Assembly (NCBI GenBank): GCA_963702435.1
Contig: CAVPCR010000006.1
Location: 127,135 to 191,134 of the forward strand
Length of the DNA: 64,000 bases
Origin: Candidatus Eiseniibacteriota bacterium
Lineage (GTDB): Bacteria > Eisenbacteria > RBG-16-71-46 > CAVPCR01
Direction: 5' to 3'
Part shown: in pieces, positions 29,501 through 37,671 of the stretch
How positions within the stretch are numbered: position 1 is the first letter of the stretch
How the letters are laid out: each line of letters begins with the position of its first letter
Made by a program: the position numbers and the translations under genes
Notes under the pieces: generated by a model
What the model was told of the DNA's origin: nothing
The model's database searches: none
What the model saw: the letters and a program-made list of their open reading frames with translations, nothing else

Positions 29501-30325
29501 GCGCAGCCGCCGTTCCTCGACCGTCAGCTCGAGGCTCGCCAGGCGGGCCCGCTCGCCCTCGAGCTGGGCGCGGGACCCGGCGAGACGCGCCGCCAGCTCG
29601 TCGCGACGGGCGGCCAGCTCGTGCACGCGCTGGCGGCCGAGGGCGAGGTCGAGGTGGCGGACTCGCTCGAGGTGGCGCTTGTAACGGCGCGCGCGGCCGA
29701 CCTGCCGGCCCAGGGAGTGCGTCTCGCGCTCGACCTCGCTGATGATGTCGGCCACGCGCACGAGGTCGGCCTCGGTGGCCTTGAGCTTGAGCAGGGCCTC
29801 GTGCTTTCGCGCCTTGTACTTGGTGATCCCCGCGGCCTCCTCGAGGATCTGCCGGCGCTGCCCCGAGTCGTCGGAGAGCACCGACTCGACCATCTCGCGC
29901 GCGATGAGCGAGTACCCGCTCGAGCCGATCCCGGTGTCGAGCAGGAGATCCTTGACGTCGCGGAGCCGGCACGGCTTGCGATTGAGCACGTAGTCGCTCT
30001 GTCCCGAGCGATAGAGCCGGCGGCCGACCGACACGGTCGAGTACTCGACGGGGAGCAGGTTCTTCGTGTTCGAGAAGGTGAGGTAGACCTCGGCCATGCC
30101 GAGCGGCTTGCGGGCGGCCGTGCCGTTGAAGATCACGTCCTCCATCGAGTGCCCGCGCAGGAGGCGGGCCGACTGCTCGCCGAGCACCCAGCGGATGGCG
30201 TCCGAGAGGTTCGACTTGCCGCAGCCGTTGGGGCCGACGATCCCGGTGATGCCTGCGCCAAAGCGCACCGTGAGCTTGAACGGGATGGACTTGAACCCGA
30301 AGATGTCGAGCTTCTCGAGGAACAT
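26588..30325 (-). CDS. smc: Chromosome partition protein SMC
   Basis: MFLEKLDIFGFKS...GIVGPNGCGKSNLSDAIRWVLGEQS, long coiled coils, a hinge, and the C-terminal LSGGERALTAISLLFS...CIMDEVDAPLDDAN. It has a Gly/Asp-rich tail. Confidence 0.95.
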   Translation of the reverse strand: MFLEKLDIFGFKSIPFKLTVRFGAGITGIVGPNGCGKSNLSDAIRWVLGEQSARLLRGHSMEDVIFNGTAARKPLGMAEVYLTFSNTKNLLPVEYSTVSVGRRLYRSGQSDYVLNRKPCRLRDVKDLLLDTGIGSSGYSLIAREMVESVLSDDSGQRRQILEEAAGITKYKARKHEALLKLKATEADLVRVADIISEVERETHSLGRQVGRARRYKRHLERVRHLDLALGRQRVHELAARRDELAARLAGSRAQLEGERARLASLELTVEERRLRQTEFERELRAAQEELDRHDRLIAEWTSEVRVLRERELATQARLGEARSTIGRLTERDQVTARAAAGSGAELARLAGSAAEIEAELAARADLRNEVERTWKARRVELAEKKQLSLELVEGHVERRTALAEEQRKAEDLVLRRDRLVADLEQVRSEWTATTRESEQLDAALGGASSACERTRSELDEVEARTISLSLAAEQAGQKLLGIAEAAATHESRLAVLLDLRRRYEGFARGVQTLLAGDRPGGMHGTIAELIRVPADLVEAVEAALGSGVGTILVEERGAPAGYIDHLRERQGGRATFLPLAGLEPAPEPRRGAPAGDGILGRLSDLVEAHSDRYGAAVEYLLGDVLVVSDRSRAQELIAHPEARGYRVVTLDGELWTRSGAVTGGDGAGTGTSVLSREQEIAATEEALKPLRTEIAALRAEEADLRAGREASAGTLRELRSRYEAEREAVFASEKAHAAAALAAEIKAEVMRDLEGAIAALSGAIVASGAREVTLGSELDDARRESQTFATDCADLEAEVAHLEEERDRRFAEEQESRLHWAAFSARLAEVRAENERLSAERGEIAAELARLGGEIELGTESLTALAVTIAEHETATAQAMVDREEKEARVRALEVAEGEARSEVVAEEKEARAARHGFDGLVEGTHRDELDHERTRGEIEAIAARIREEYGVELLETNETLAEGEEAAKALAELNELRERLRRIGPVNLLAIEQYEEVKQRFDFLTKQRDDLVAARAELLEAIEKINQTASELFQQTFAQVQANFARVFSTLFEGGEAEIALAGDDLDGGIEIMARPRGKALRSIRMMSGGERALTAISLLFSIYLVKPSPFCIMDEVDAPLDDANVDRFVKLLRQFQRDTQFIVITHNKRTMEACERLYGVTMEEPGVSKLVSVRLEHGEIAPGEEDVETAEAATGDDGNGGRDAVAGAGDDAGRDGMAGAGDLAAVAGGGNGAGGDDDATEIS

Positions 30326-30423
30326 CGGCCCTCCGTGGCGGACGCCGGCCGCCGCCGCTGAGCGGCGGGGCCGGATGAATCGGGCGCGCACGATGCGCGC
30401 CGGTCAAGCGAGAGGCGAGCGCT

Positions 30424-33334
30424 CTAGCGCGGAATCGTGAACACCTGCGCTGCGGGCGACAGCCCGTCGGCGCGGACGGCCTCCATGACGCGGTTCGCTT
30501 CCTCGGAAGTCGGATACGGACCGAGCAGAACCCGGCGCCATGTCCCCTTCTCCGCTACATCCACGCTGACGATCACGCCCTCGAACCCGAGCGCCCGGTA
30601 GCGGGAGAGATCCTCCTCCGCCTTGGCCCGGGTTCGGAACGAGCTCACGTGCACGCCATACGGTCCGGCTCCCGGCGCGGCCGCGGCGGCGCCGGTGGTG
30701 CGCTCCCGGTCCGGCGGGGCGACACCGGCCGTCGGGGCCGGAGGCGACGCCGCGGGCTCCGTGGCCGGAGCGGGTGCGGCGACTTGCGGGGTGGTGCCCG
30801 GCGGCGGGGTGGTACCCGGCGGCGGGGTGGTGCCCGGCGGCGGGGTGGTGCGCACGGCCGGCTCGGGGGGACTCGACGGAGCCGGCGCCATGGCCGCGGG
30901 CGCGCTCGCCGCGGGGCTGCCGGTACCGCCATCGTCGCCGCCGGGCGCGGGGATCGCCGCCGTCTGCGTGCGGCGCGGTTCACCCGGCGCCGGCGTCTCG
31001 ACCGCGGCGGTCCGCGGCGGCCGCGGTCCGAAGCGAATGACCTCGCTCTTGTACGCCCAGAACATCACGAGGCAGATCCCGAACAGCCCGCCGATCACCA
31101 GCACGCGCCACGGCCTCTGCCGCGGCTCCGGGCGCGCCGGGGCGGGCGGGGGCTCGAGCTCGTGCTCGAGCTCCGCGATGGCATCCGGAACTTCGCGCTC
31201 GTCGGCGGTCGCGCTCGCCGGCGCCAGCAGATCGGCAAAGAGCGAGCGCTCCGGAATCGGCCCGGCGCCCTGCGCCGATTCCTGCGTCTCACCGTGATAA
31301 TCGGCGGCAGCCGCGGCCGTCTCCGGGAGCGGGGGCACCTCACCGGGGAACGCCGGCGCGACCTCCGCGGGGGCGGGCGGCGGCGCGCCGAACGCGCCCT
31401 CGTCCCAGGTCGGCAGCGCAGGCTCGACGGCCGATGGGATCCCCGGCGCGGACTCGAACGCGATCGGCATCTCGAACTCGGGTTCGACGGCAGCGGGCAT
31501 CTCGGGCTCGGCCGCCGCCGGCGCCTCGGCCCATGGCTCGAACGCGGTCGGCATCTCGAACTCGGGTTCGACGGCAGCGGGCGTCTCGGGCTCGGCCGCC
31601 GCCGGCGTCTCGGCCCATGGCTCGAACGCGGTCGGCATCTCGAACTCGGGTCACGGCTGCGGGCGTCTCGGGCTCGGCCGCCGCCGGCGTCTCGGCCCAT
31701 GGCTCAAACGCGGTCGGCATCTCGAACTCCGGCTCGAGGCGCGGGCATCCGGGCTCGGCCGCCGCCGGCGCCTCGGCCCATGGCTCGAACGCGGTCGGCT
31801 TCTCGAACTCCGGCTCGGGCGCCGGCTCGAGCTCGGGCGCAGGTTCGGCCGCCGCCGGCGCCTCGGCCCATGGCTCGAACGCGGTCGGCTTCTCGAACTC
31901 CGGCTCGGGCGCCGGCTCGAGCTCGGGCGCGGGCTCGAACGCCACCGGCGCCGGCTCGAATCCGGCAGGCATCTCCTCGACCGGCCACCCATCCGCCGCC
32001 GGCCGGGCCGGGGCTTGCGCCTCGCTCTCCGCGTCCTGCGGCGCCATCGCAGCCGGTTCCTCGGCGGTCGGAACGGCCGGCCCCGCCGGTCCGTCGGTGT
32101 CGCCGCGACCCGGTACGCCGCGCGTGAGGCGATCCCACGCCGCCTCGAACGACTGCGCGAACTCGTCGGCGGCGGGCCCGGCGCCCGTCGCCCCCGCCTC
32201 TCCTTCACCCCCCGCCGCACCGGGCATGACCCCTGCAGCGAGGTCATCCGGCTCCCCGGCGAGCGGACGCAGCAGGCGCGGCGGTGCGGGAATCTCCGGC
32301 GGCTCAGGCAGCTTCGGCCTCGTCTCGCTCAGGAACGGCGACACGCCGATCGGCGGCGCCCCGGTCCCCCGCAACCGAGCCACCTCGGCCGCCCACAGGG
32401 ACGCAGCGGACTCGTCCACCTCCGTCGTCTCGCGGATCACCACCTCGGCGCCGTCGTCCAGATCGAATCCGGGCACGCTCTCGGCGGCGCCCGCGTCCCA
32501 GAATCGCTGCGCCCCGGCCGTCTCGGCTGCGGCCGCGGTCCCGGGCTCCCGCTCCGCCGCCGGCTCGGGTGCCGCGGCGGGCGGCTGCACCATGCGGTCG
32601 GCGGTGAGCGGCCCCGCGGTGACGAGGCCGAGGATCGGCGCGTCCATGTCCCAGAGCGTGAGATAGCTCCGCCGGATGGCGTCCCGGCCGATGGCATCGA
32701 GACCGTAGGCGATGAGGATCGAGTCGAGGCGGCGCGCGAGCATGCTCAGGATCGGCCCGGGCAGACCCGTCGTCGACGTCACCAGCGTGAGATCGGAGTT
32801 CCTGCGCAGGGCGCCCAGCACGCGCTCCCACTCATCGCCGTGGATGGGCTCGCCCGACCACGGATGCGAACCGGCCGTGATCATGTTCACGCCGAGGAGC
32901 CCGCTGTCGCGGGCCACCGCTGCGTAGGAGCAGCCGTAGAGGAGCATGTCGATCAGTCCCTCGCGGCGGGTAGGATCGCCGGCGAAGGCGGGAGCGCGGA
33001 GCTCGGCCTCGACGATGGTCACCTGGCGGCCGGTCCGGGCGAGCCGGGCGGCGAGATTCGCCGCGAGCTTGAAGCGCACCGGATCCTGATCGAGGCCGAG
33101 GCAACCGAGGAGCTTGAGCGGCATGTGCTCGCAGAGGAGCTCGACGCGACCGACGATCGCCTCGTACGACGCACCGGGATCCACGAGATCGGTCACGCCG
33201 AAGGGGGGAACGACATCGGGCTCGACGCGCGCGAGCGTGCCGAGCAGCGAGACGTTCAGATCGCCCGCCACCTGGGCCGGCGATTCGTAGAACTCAGGCT
33301 CACCACGTCCCGCGGCGGGAAGGGGAGATTGCAT
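30424..33334 (-). pseudogene. Large bitopic protein interrupted by a 2-nt lesion inside the repeats: degenerate ParA/BY-kinase-like N-domain + Pro/Ala/Glu tandem repeats + TM + SPOR domain
   Basis: N-terminal frame (33334-~31655): ...KLAANLAARLARTGRQVTIVEAELRAPAF..GLIDMLLYG, with no Walker A lysine. C-terminal frame (31638-30424): repeats, the TM RPWRVLVIGGLFGICLVMFWAY, then SPOR (YGVHVSSFRTRAKAEEDLSRYRALGFEG...WRRVLLGPY). Span is 2911 nt = 3n+1. Confidence 0.75.
31455..31950. repeat. Coding tandem repeat, period ~81-87 nt, 5-6 copies (EFE(M/K)PTAFEPWAE(A/T)PAAAEPE.PAAVEP)
   Basis: The core GGCCCATGGCTCGAACGCGGTCGGC(A/T)TCTCGAACTC recurs near 31528, 31612, 31695, 31776 and 31863. Confidence 0.85.
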
Positions 33335-33474
33335 CCTGACTCCTTCGCGAGATTCCGGTCACGCACCGCACGGCCCCGGCCGGCAGGACGCAGGCGAATC
33401 CTCGCCCGATCGCACGCCGACCGCGCCAAGTCGAGACTATATAGCCACCTCGGCCCGTCCGCTCAATCCCCATC

Positions 33475-34899
33475 TCAAGATCGGTCCACCCGGGGACGAC
33501 CTTGGGCGCGGGCGACGAAGGCGCCCACGACTCGCTCGCCGTCCCCCGGCAGGAGCGTGCGCAGATCGAGGAGCAGCTGTCCCTCCTCGATACGTCCGAG
33601 GACGGGAGGCTCCCCTCGCCTGAGCTCCGCCTCGAGGGTCGCGACCGTCCCGGCGCCCGCCCGCGGGCGGAGCGCCACCCCGGCCGAGGGGATCCCTACC
33701 ATGGGGAGCGCCCCGCCGCCGACCCGGCTCGTCATCGCGGCCACGCGCACCTCGACATCCGGCGCCGCGCGCGCGATCTCCGCCGCCAGCGCCGCTGCCT
33801 CCGCCTCGATCCCGGCCACCGGCCGGGCCAGGAAGCGGAGGGTCGGGATCTCGGCCCACGCCTCCGCCGGCTCGAGGTAGGCCCGGAGCGTGGCCTCGAG
33901 CGCCGCGAGCGAGAGCTTATCCAGCCGGAGCGCTCGCGCGAGCGGATCGCTCGCCAGGCGGCGGATCAGGGTGGCCTCGCCGACGAGGACGCCGGCCTGC
34001 GGCCCGCCGAGCAGCTTGTCCCCCGAGAACATGACGACCGCGGCGCCGGCGGCCAGGCTCGTCGCCGCGGTCGGCTCGCGCCCGATGCGATCGCCGAGGT
34101 CGAGGAGCGCGCCGCTCCCGAGATCCTCCGCCACCGGGACCCCGTGGGCGCGGCCGAGGGCGGCGAGCGCCGGCAACTCCACCTCGGCCACGAATCCGTC
34201 CATCACGAAGTTCGAGCGGTGGACCTTCAGGATGAGCGCCGTCTCCGGTCCGATCGCCCGGGCGTAATCCGCGAGATGGGTCTTGTTCGTCGTTCCCACC
34301 TCGCGAAGCCTGGCCCCGGACCGCGCCATGATGTCGGGCAGCCGGAAGGAACCGCCGATCTCGACCAGCTCCCCGCGGGACACGATGACCTCGCGCCCGT
34401 GCGCGAGCCCGCTCAGGGTCAGGAGCACCGCCGCCGCGTTGTTGTTGACGACGAGCGCGTCCTCCGCCCCGGTGAGCTCGACCAGGAGCTCGCGCACCGC
34501 GGCCTGACGCGATCCGCGCTCGCCGCGCTCGAGGTCGAACTCGAGCGTCGAGTACTGGGCCGCCGCTGCCGCCACCGCCCGCTGTGCCGCGGTCGAGAGG
34601 ACCGATCGCCCGAGGTTCGTGTGCACGACGATGCCGGTGGCGTTCACGACCGGACGGAGGCCGGGCCGCGCGAGCGCGAGGGCCGCCAGAGCGACGCGGG
34701 CCGCCAGCACGTCCACGGCGGCCGGATCGGTCGTTGCCGACTCCTCCCCCGCCGGGGCCGCGGCCAGCGTCTCGCGGGCGGCGGCCAGCACGGTGCGGGC
34801 CGCTCGCCGCTTGAGCACGCGCGGCGCGTCCATCGTGACGAGGAGAGGATGATTCAGCAGGGCCTCGACGGCCGGCAGCTCACGACGCCGGTCCGGCAT
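33475..34899 (-). CDS. selA: L-seryl-tRNA(Sec) selenium transferase
   Basis: MPDRRRELPAVEALLNHP...RPVVNATGIVVHTNLGRS...ALVVNNNAAAVLL...VIVSRGELVEIGGSFR...KVHRSNF...FSGDKLLGGPQAG. ATG at 34899. Confidence 0.9.
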   Translation of the reverse strand: MPDRRRELPAVEALLNHPLLVTMDAPRVLKRRAARTVLAAARETLAAAPAGEESATTDPAAVDVLAARVALAALALARPGLRPVVNATGIVVHTNLGRSVLSTAAQRAVAAAAAQYSTLEFDLERGERGSRQAAVRELLVELTGAEDALVVNNNAAAVLLTLSGLAHGREVIVSRGELVEIGGSFRLPDIMARSGARLREVGTTNKTHLADYARAIGPETALILKVHRSNFVMDGFVAEVELPALAALGRAHGVPVAEDLGSGALLDLGDRIGREPTAATSLAAGAAVVMFSGDKLLGGPQAGVLVGEATLIRRLASDPLARALRLDKLSLAALEATLRAYLEPAEAWAEIPTLRFLARPVAGIEAEAAALAAEIARAAPDVEVRVAAMTSRVGGGALPMVGIPSAGVALRPRAGAGTVATLEAELRRGEPPVLGRIEEGQLLLDLRTLLPGDGERVVGAFVARAQGRPRVDRS

Positions 34900-35057
34900 G
34901 CAGTACGCTCGCTCGCTCGAGCCCGCGGTCGCGGTCGGTTGCGCGGGTCGCGTGGTCGGAGGTTCGCCCCGGCGCACGAGGCGCCGCCTCCCGCCGGCAA
35001 CGCATCACCCGGGACAGGTGGGGCTCGAAGGCGCTCCGGAGACGGGCCGGGACGCGA

Positions 35058-35880
35058 TCACCCGCCGAGATAGGCGTTCCTGACCTCCTCGTTGCGCAGG
35101 AGGTTCTCCCGGGTATCGGACAGGACGATGCTCCCTGTCTCCATCACGTAGCCGCGATCGGCGATGCCGAGGGCCATGTGCGCATTCTGCTCGACGAGCA
35201 GGATGGTCACGCCCTGGCGGCTGATCTCGGCGACGGTGCGGAATATCTCACGGACGAGGATCGGTGCCAACCCCAAAGACGGTTCATCCATGAGCAGGAG
35301 GCGCGGCCGCGACATGAGTCCGCGCGCGATGGCGAGCATCTGCTGCTCGCCGCCGGAGAGCGTCCCTCCCCGCTGCCGCTCGCGCTCCTTGAGGCGCGGG
35401 AAGAGCGCGAACATGCGCTCGAGATCGGCGCGGATCCGGGCGCGATCCCGCCGCAGGTAGGCACCGAGCTCGAGATTGTCGCGCACGCTCAGGTTGGCGA
35501 AGATGATCCGGCCTTCCGGGACCTGCGAGATGCCGCTCGCGACGATGCGATGGGCGGCGAGGCGGGTGATGTCCCGCCCCGCGAAGGTGATCCGGCCGTG
35601 ACGCGGCGGGAGCAGCCCCGAGATGGTGCGGAGGAGCGTCGTCTTGCCGGCGCCGTTGGCCCCGATCAGGGTCACCACCTCGCCCGCGCGGACCGCAAGG
35701 GACACCCCGCGCAGCGCCCGGACCGCGCCGTAGCAGACATCGAGATCTTCGACCGCGAGGAGCGGCTCGCCGGCGGCGGACGCGGCGGACGCGGCGGGCG
35801 CGAGCGGACGCGGCGGGCCGGGCGGGGGCTGCCGGGCCTGCCCGGACCGCGCTCGCCGGATCCTGCGGCGTCCGCGTCAT
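35058..35880 (-). pseudogene. livF: Branched-chain amino acid ABC transporter ATP-binding protein LivF. The ATGA-coupled start is out of frame with the ABC domain (1-nt insertion inferred in a GC repeat).
   Basis: The ABC frame reads ...EPLLAVEDLDVCYGAVRALRGVSLAVRAGEVVTLIGANGAGKTT...LSGGEQQMLAI...LLLMDEPS, with no start before the GTG at 35705. The ATG at 35880 overlaps the livG stop. Span is 823 nt = 3n+1. Confidence 0.85.
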
Positions 35881-36649
35881 GGACCGGCCACCTCTTCCCC
35901 GAGGTACGCCTCGATCACCTTCGGATGGCGGCGTATCTCCTCGGGCCGGCCGCTCGCGATCTGGCGCCCGTAGTCGAGGACCGCGATCCGCTCGCAGATC
36001 CCCATGACGACGCGCATGTCGTGCTCGATCAGGAGCACGGTCATCTCGTAGCGGTCGCGGATCCACCGGATCAGATCCATGAGCTCCTCGGTCTCGGGCG
36101 GGTTCAGCCCTGCCGCCGGCTCGTCGAGGAGGAGGAGACGCGGGCCGGTGGCGAGGGCCCGGGCGATCTCGAGACGCCGCTGCTGGCCGTAGGGCAGCTC
36201 GCCGGCCAGCCGCCCGGCCACCGGCTCGAGCCGGAAGTCGCGGAGGAGCTGGCGCGCGCGTTCCTCGATCGCCGCCTCGGCCCGCCCGGAGGCGGCCGAA
36301 TGGAGCATCGAGGCAAGCAGGCTCGGCTTGTGCCTGGGGTGGAAGGCCGTGCGCACGTTGTCGAGGACGGTCATGGCCTTGAACAGGCGGAGTTCTGGAA
36401 GGTGCGCGCCACCCCTGCTCCCGCGATGCGGAAGGCCGGCTGGCCGCAGAGGAGGCGCTCGCCGAGGCGGATCTCGCCCTCGCTCGGCGCGTACACGCCG
36501 GTGATCAGGTTGAAGACCGTGGTCTTCCCCGCGCCGTTCGGCCCGATCAGGCCGACGAGCTCCCCCTTGTCGATCACGAGGTCGAGCGAGTCGACCGCCT
36601 TCAGGCCTCCGAAGTAGTGGGTCACCCGATCGAGCACGAGGAGGGCCAT
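35877..36649 (-). pseudogene. livG: Branched-chain amino acid ABC transporter ATP-binding protein LivG, split by a 1-nt deletion
   Basis: Piece 1: MALLVLDRVTHYFGGLKAV...GPNGAGKTTVFN...GVARTFQN. Piece 2: (LRLFKA)MTVLDNV...YGQQRRLEIARAL...LLLDEPAAGL. Observed CAGAACTCCGCCTG where CAGAACCTCCGCCTG is expected. Span is 773 nt = 3n+2. Confidence 0.9.
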
Positions 36650-36653
36650 GGCG

Positions 36654-37671
36654 CTATCGGGTCCCCCCGGGCGCGGCGCCCCGGCCGGCTCCGAAGCGCG
36701 CCCCCAGGCGCGCCCCGAGCGCGCGCAGGTCGAGCTCGCGCGTGCCGAGGAGGCCCTGCGGCCGCGCGATCATGAGCACGATCAGCAGCAAGGAGTAGAG
36801 GACCATCCGGTAGTCCTTGACCGGACGCAGGACCTCCGGCAGCAGGGTCAGGACGATGGCCGCGAGCACCGATCCGGTGATCGAGCCCATGCCGCCGAGC
36901 ACGACCATGATCACGATCTCGATCGACTTGATGAAGCTGAAGCTGTTCGTGTGCAGGTAGCCCAGGTAGTGGGCGAAGAGCCCGCCGGCGATGCCGGCGA
37001 AGGAGGCGCCGACCACGAAGGCCAGCACCTTGTAGCGCGTGGTGTCGATGCCGAGGGCCTCGGCGGCGATCTCGTCCTCGCGCACCGCGAGAAGGCGCGG
37101 CCGTGCGTCGAGTGGACCAGGTTCCAGACGACCGCGATCGTGACCGCGGTCCACAGGAAGACCCAGGCAGACTCGACCAGGCGGGGATGTCCGTGAAGCC
37201 GCGGGCGCCGCCCACCGCCTCGATGTTCAGGATGATGACCCGGATGATCTCGCCGAACCCGAGGGTGGCGATGGCGAGGTAGTCGCCGCGCAGCCGAAGG
37301 CTCGGCAATCCCACCAGGAGTCCGGCGAGCGCGGCGACACCGCCGCCGAGGAGCAGCGCCGCGAGGAAGAGGAGGGCCTCGCCCAGACCGGCGGGGACGC
37401 CCCGGACGGCGAGGACCGCCACCCAGTTCCGGGCCAGGTAGTAGGTGAAAGCCGCTGACAGGTAGCCGCCCACCGCCATGAAGCCGGCGTGTCCGAGCGA
37501 GAACTGCCCCGTGAAGCCGTTGATCAGGTTGAGCGACACGGCGAGGATGATGCTGATCCCGCAGAGCGTGATGATCTGGAGCAGGTAGGGATTGACGACC
37601 GCCGGCAGGATGCGACCGGCAGCGAAGATCGCGGCAACGAGGACCGCCAGGCCGAGGAGACGCGTCCCCAT
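36654..37671 (-). pseudogene. livM: Branched-chain amino acid ABC transporter permease LivM, split over three frames by two 1-nt deletions
   Basis: Piece 1: MGTRLLG...GQFSLGHAGFMAVGGY...GARGFTDIP. Piece 2 (~37178-37092): LVESAWVFLWTAVTIAVVWNLVHSTHGRAF. Piece 3: LAVREDEIAAEALGIDTTRYKVLAFVV...GGMGSITGSV. Span is 1018 nt = 3n+1. Confidence 0.88.

Noticed and set aside
26300-30361. 1353-aa plus-strand ORF
   Set aside because: It is exactly antisense to smc. Its composition (runs of LE/RR/GA) mirrors the coiled-coil codons of SMC. No independent signal.
31455-31950. Possible CRISPR array or non-coding satellite
   Set aside because: The repeats are contiguous with no unique spacers. They are in frame and encode a Pro/Ala/Glu repeat within a long ORF.
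10052-37671. Programmed ribosomal frameshifting or a deliberate split-gene organisation for sucD, livG, livM, livF and era
   Set aside because: The interruptions occur in many unrelated genes, in both directions, without slippery heptamers or downstream pseudoknots. They lie at short homopolymers or repeats, and corrected sequences restore canonical residue spacing. Consensus indel error is the simpler explanation.
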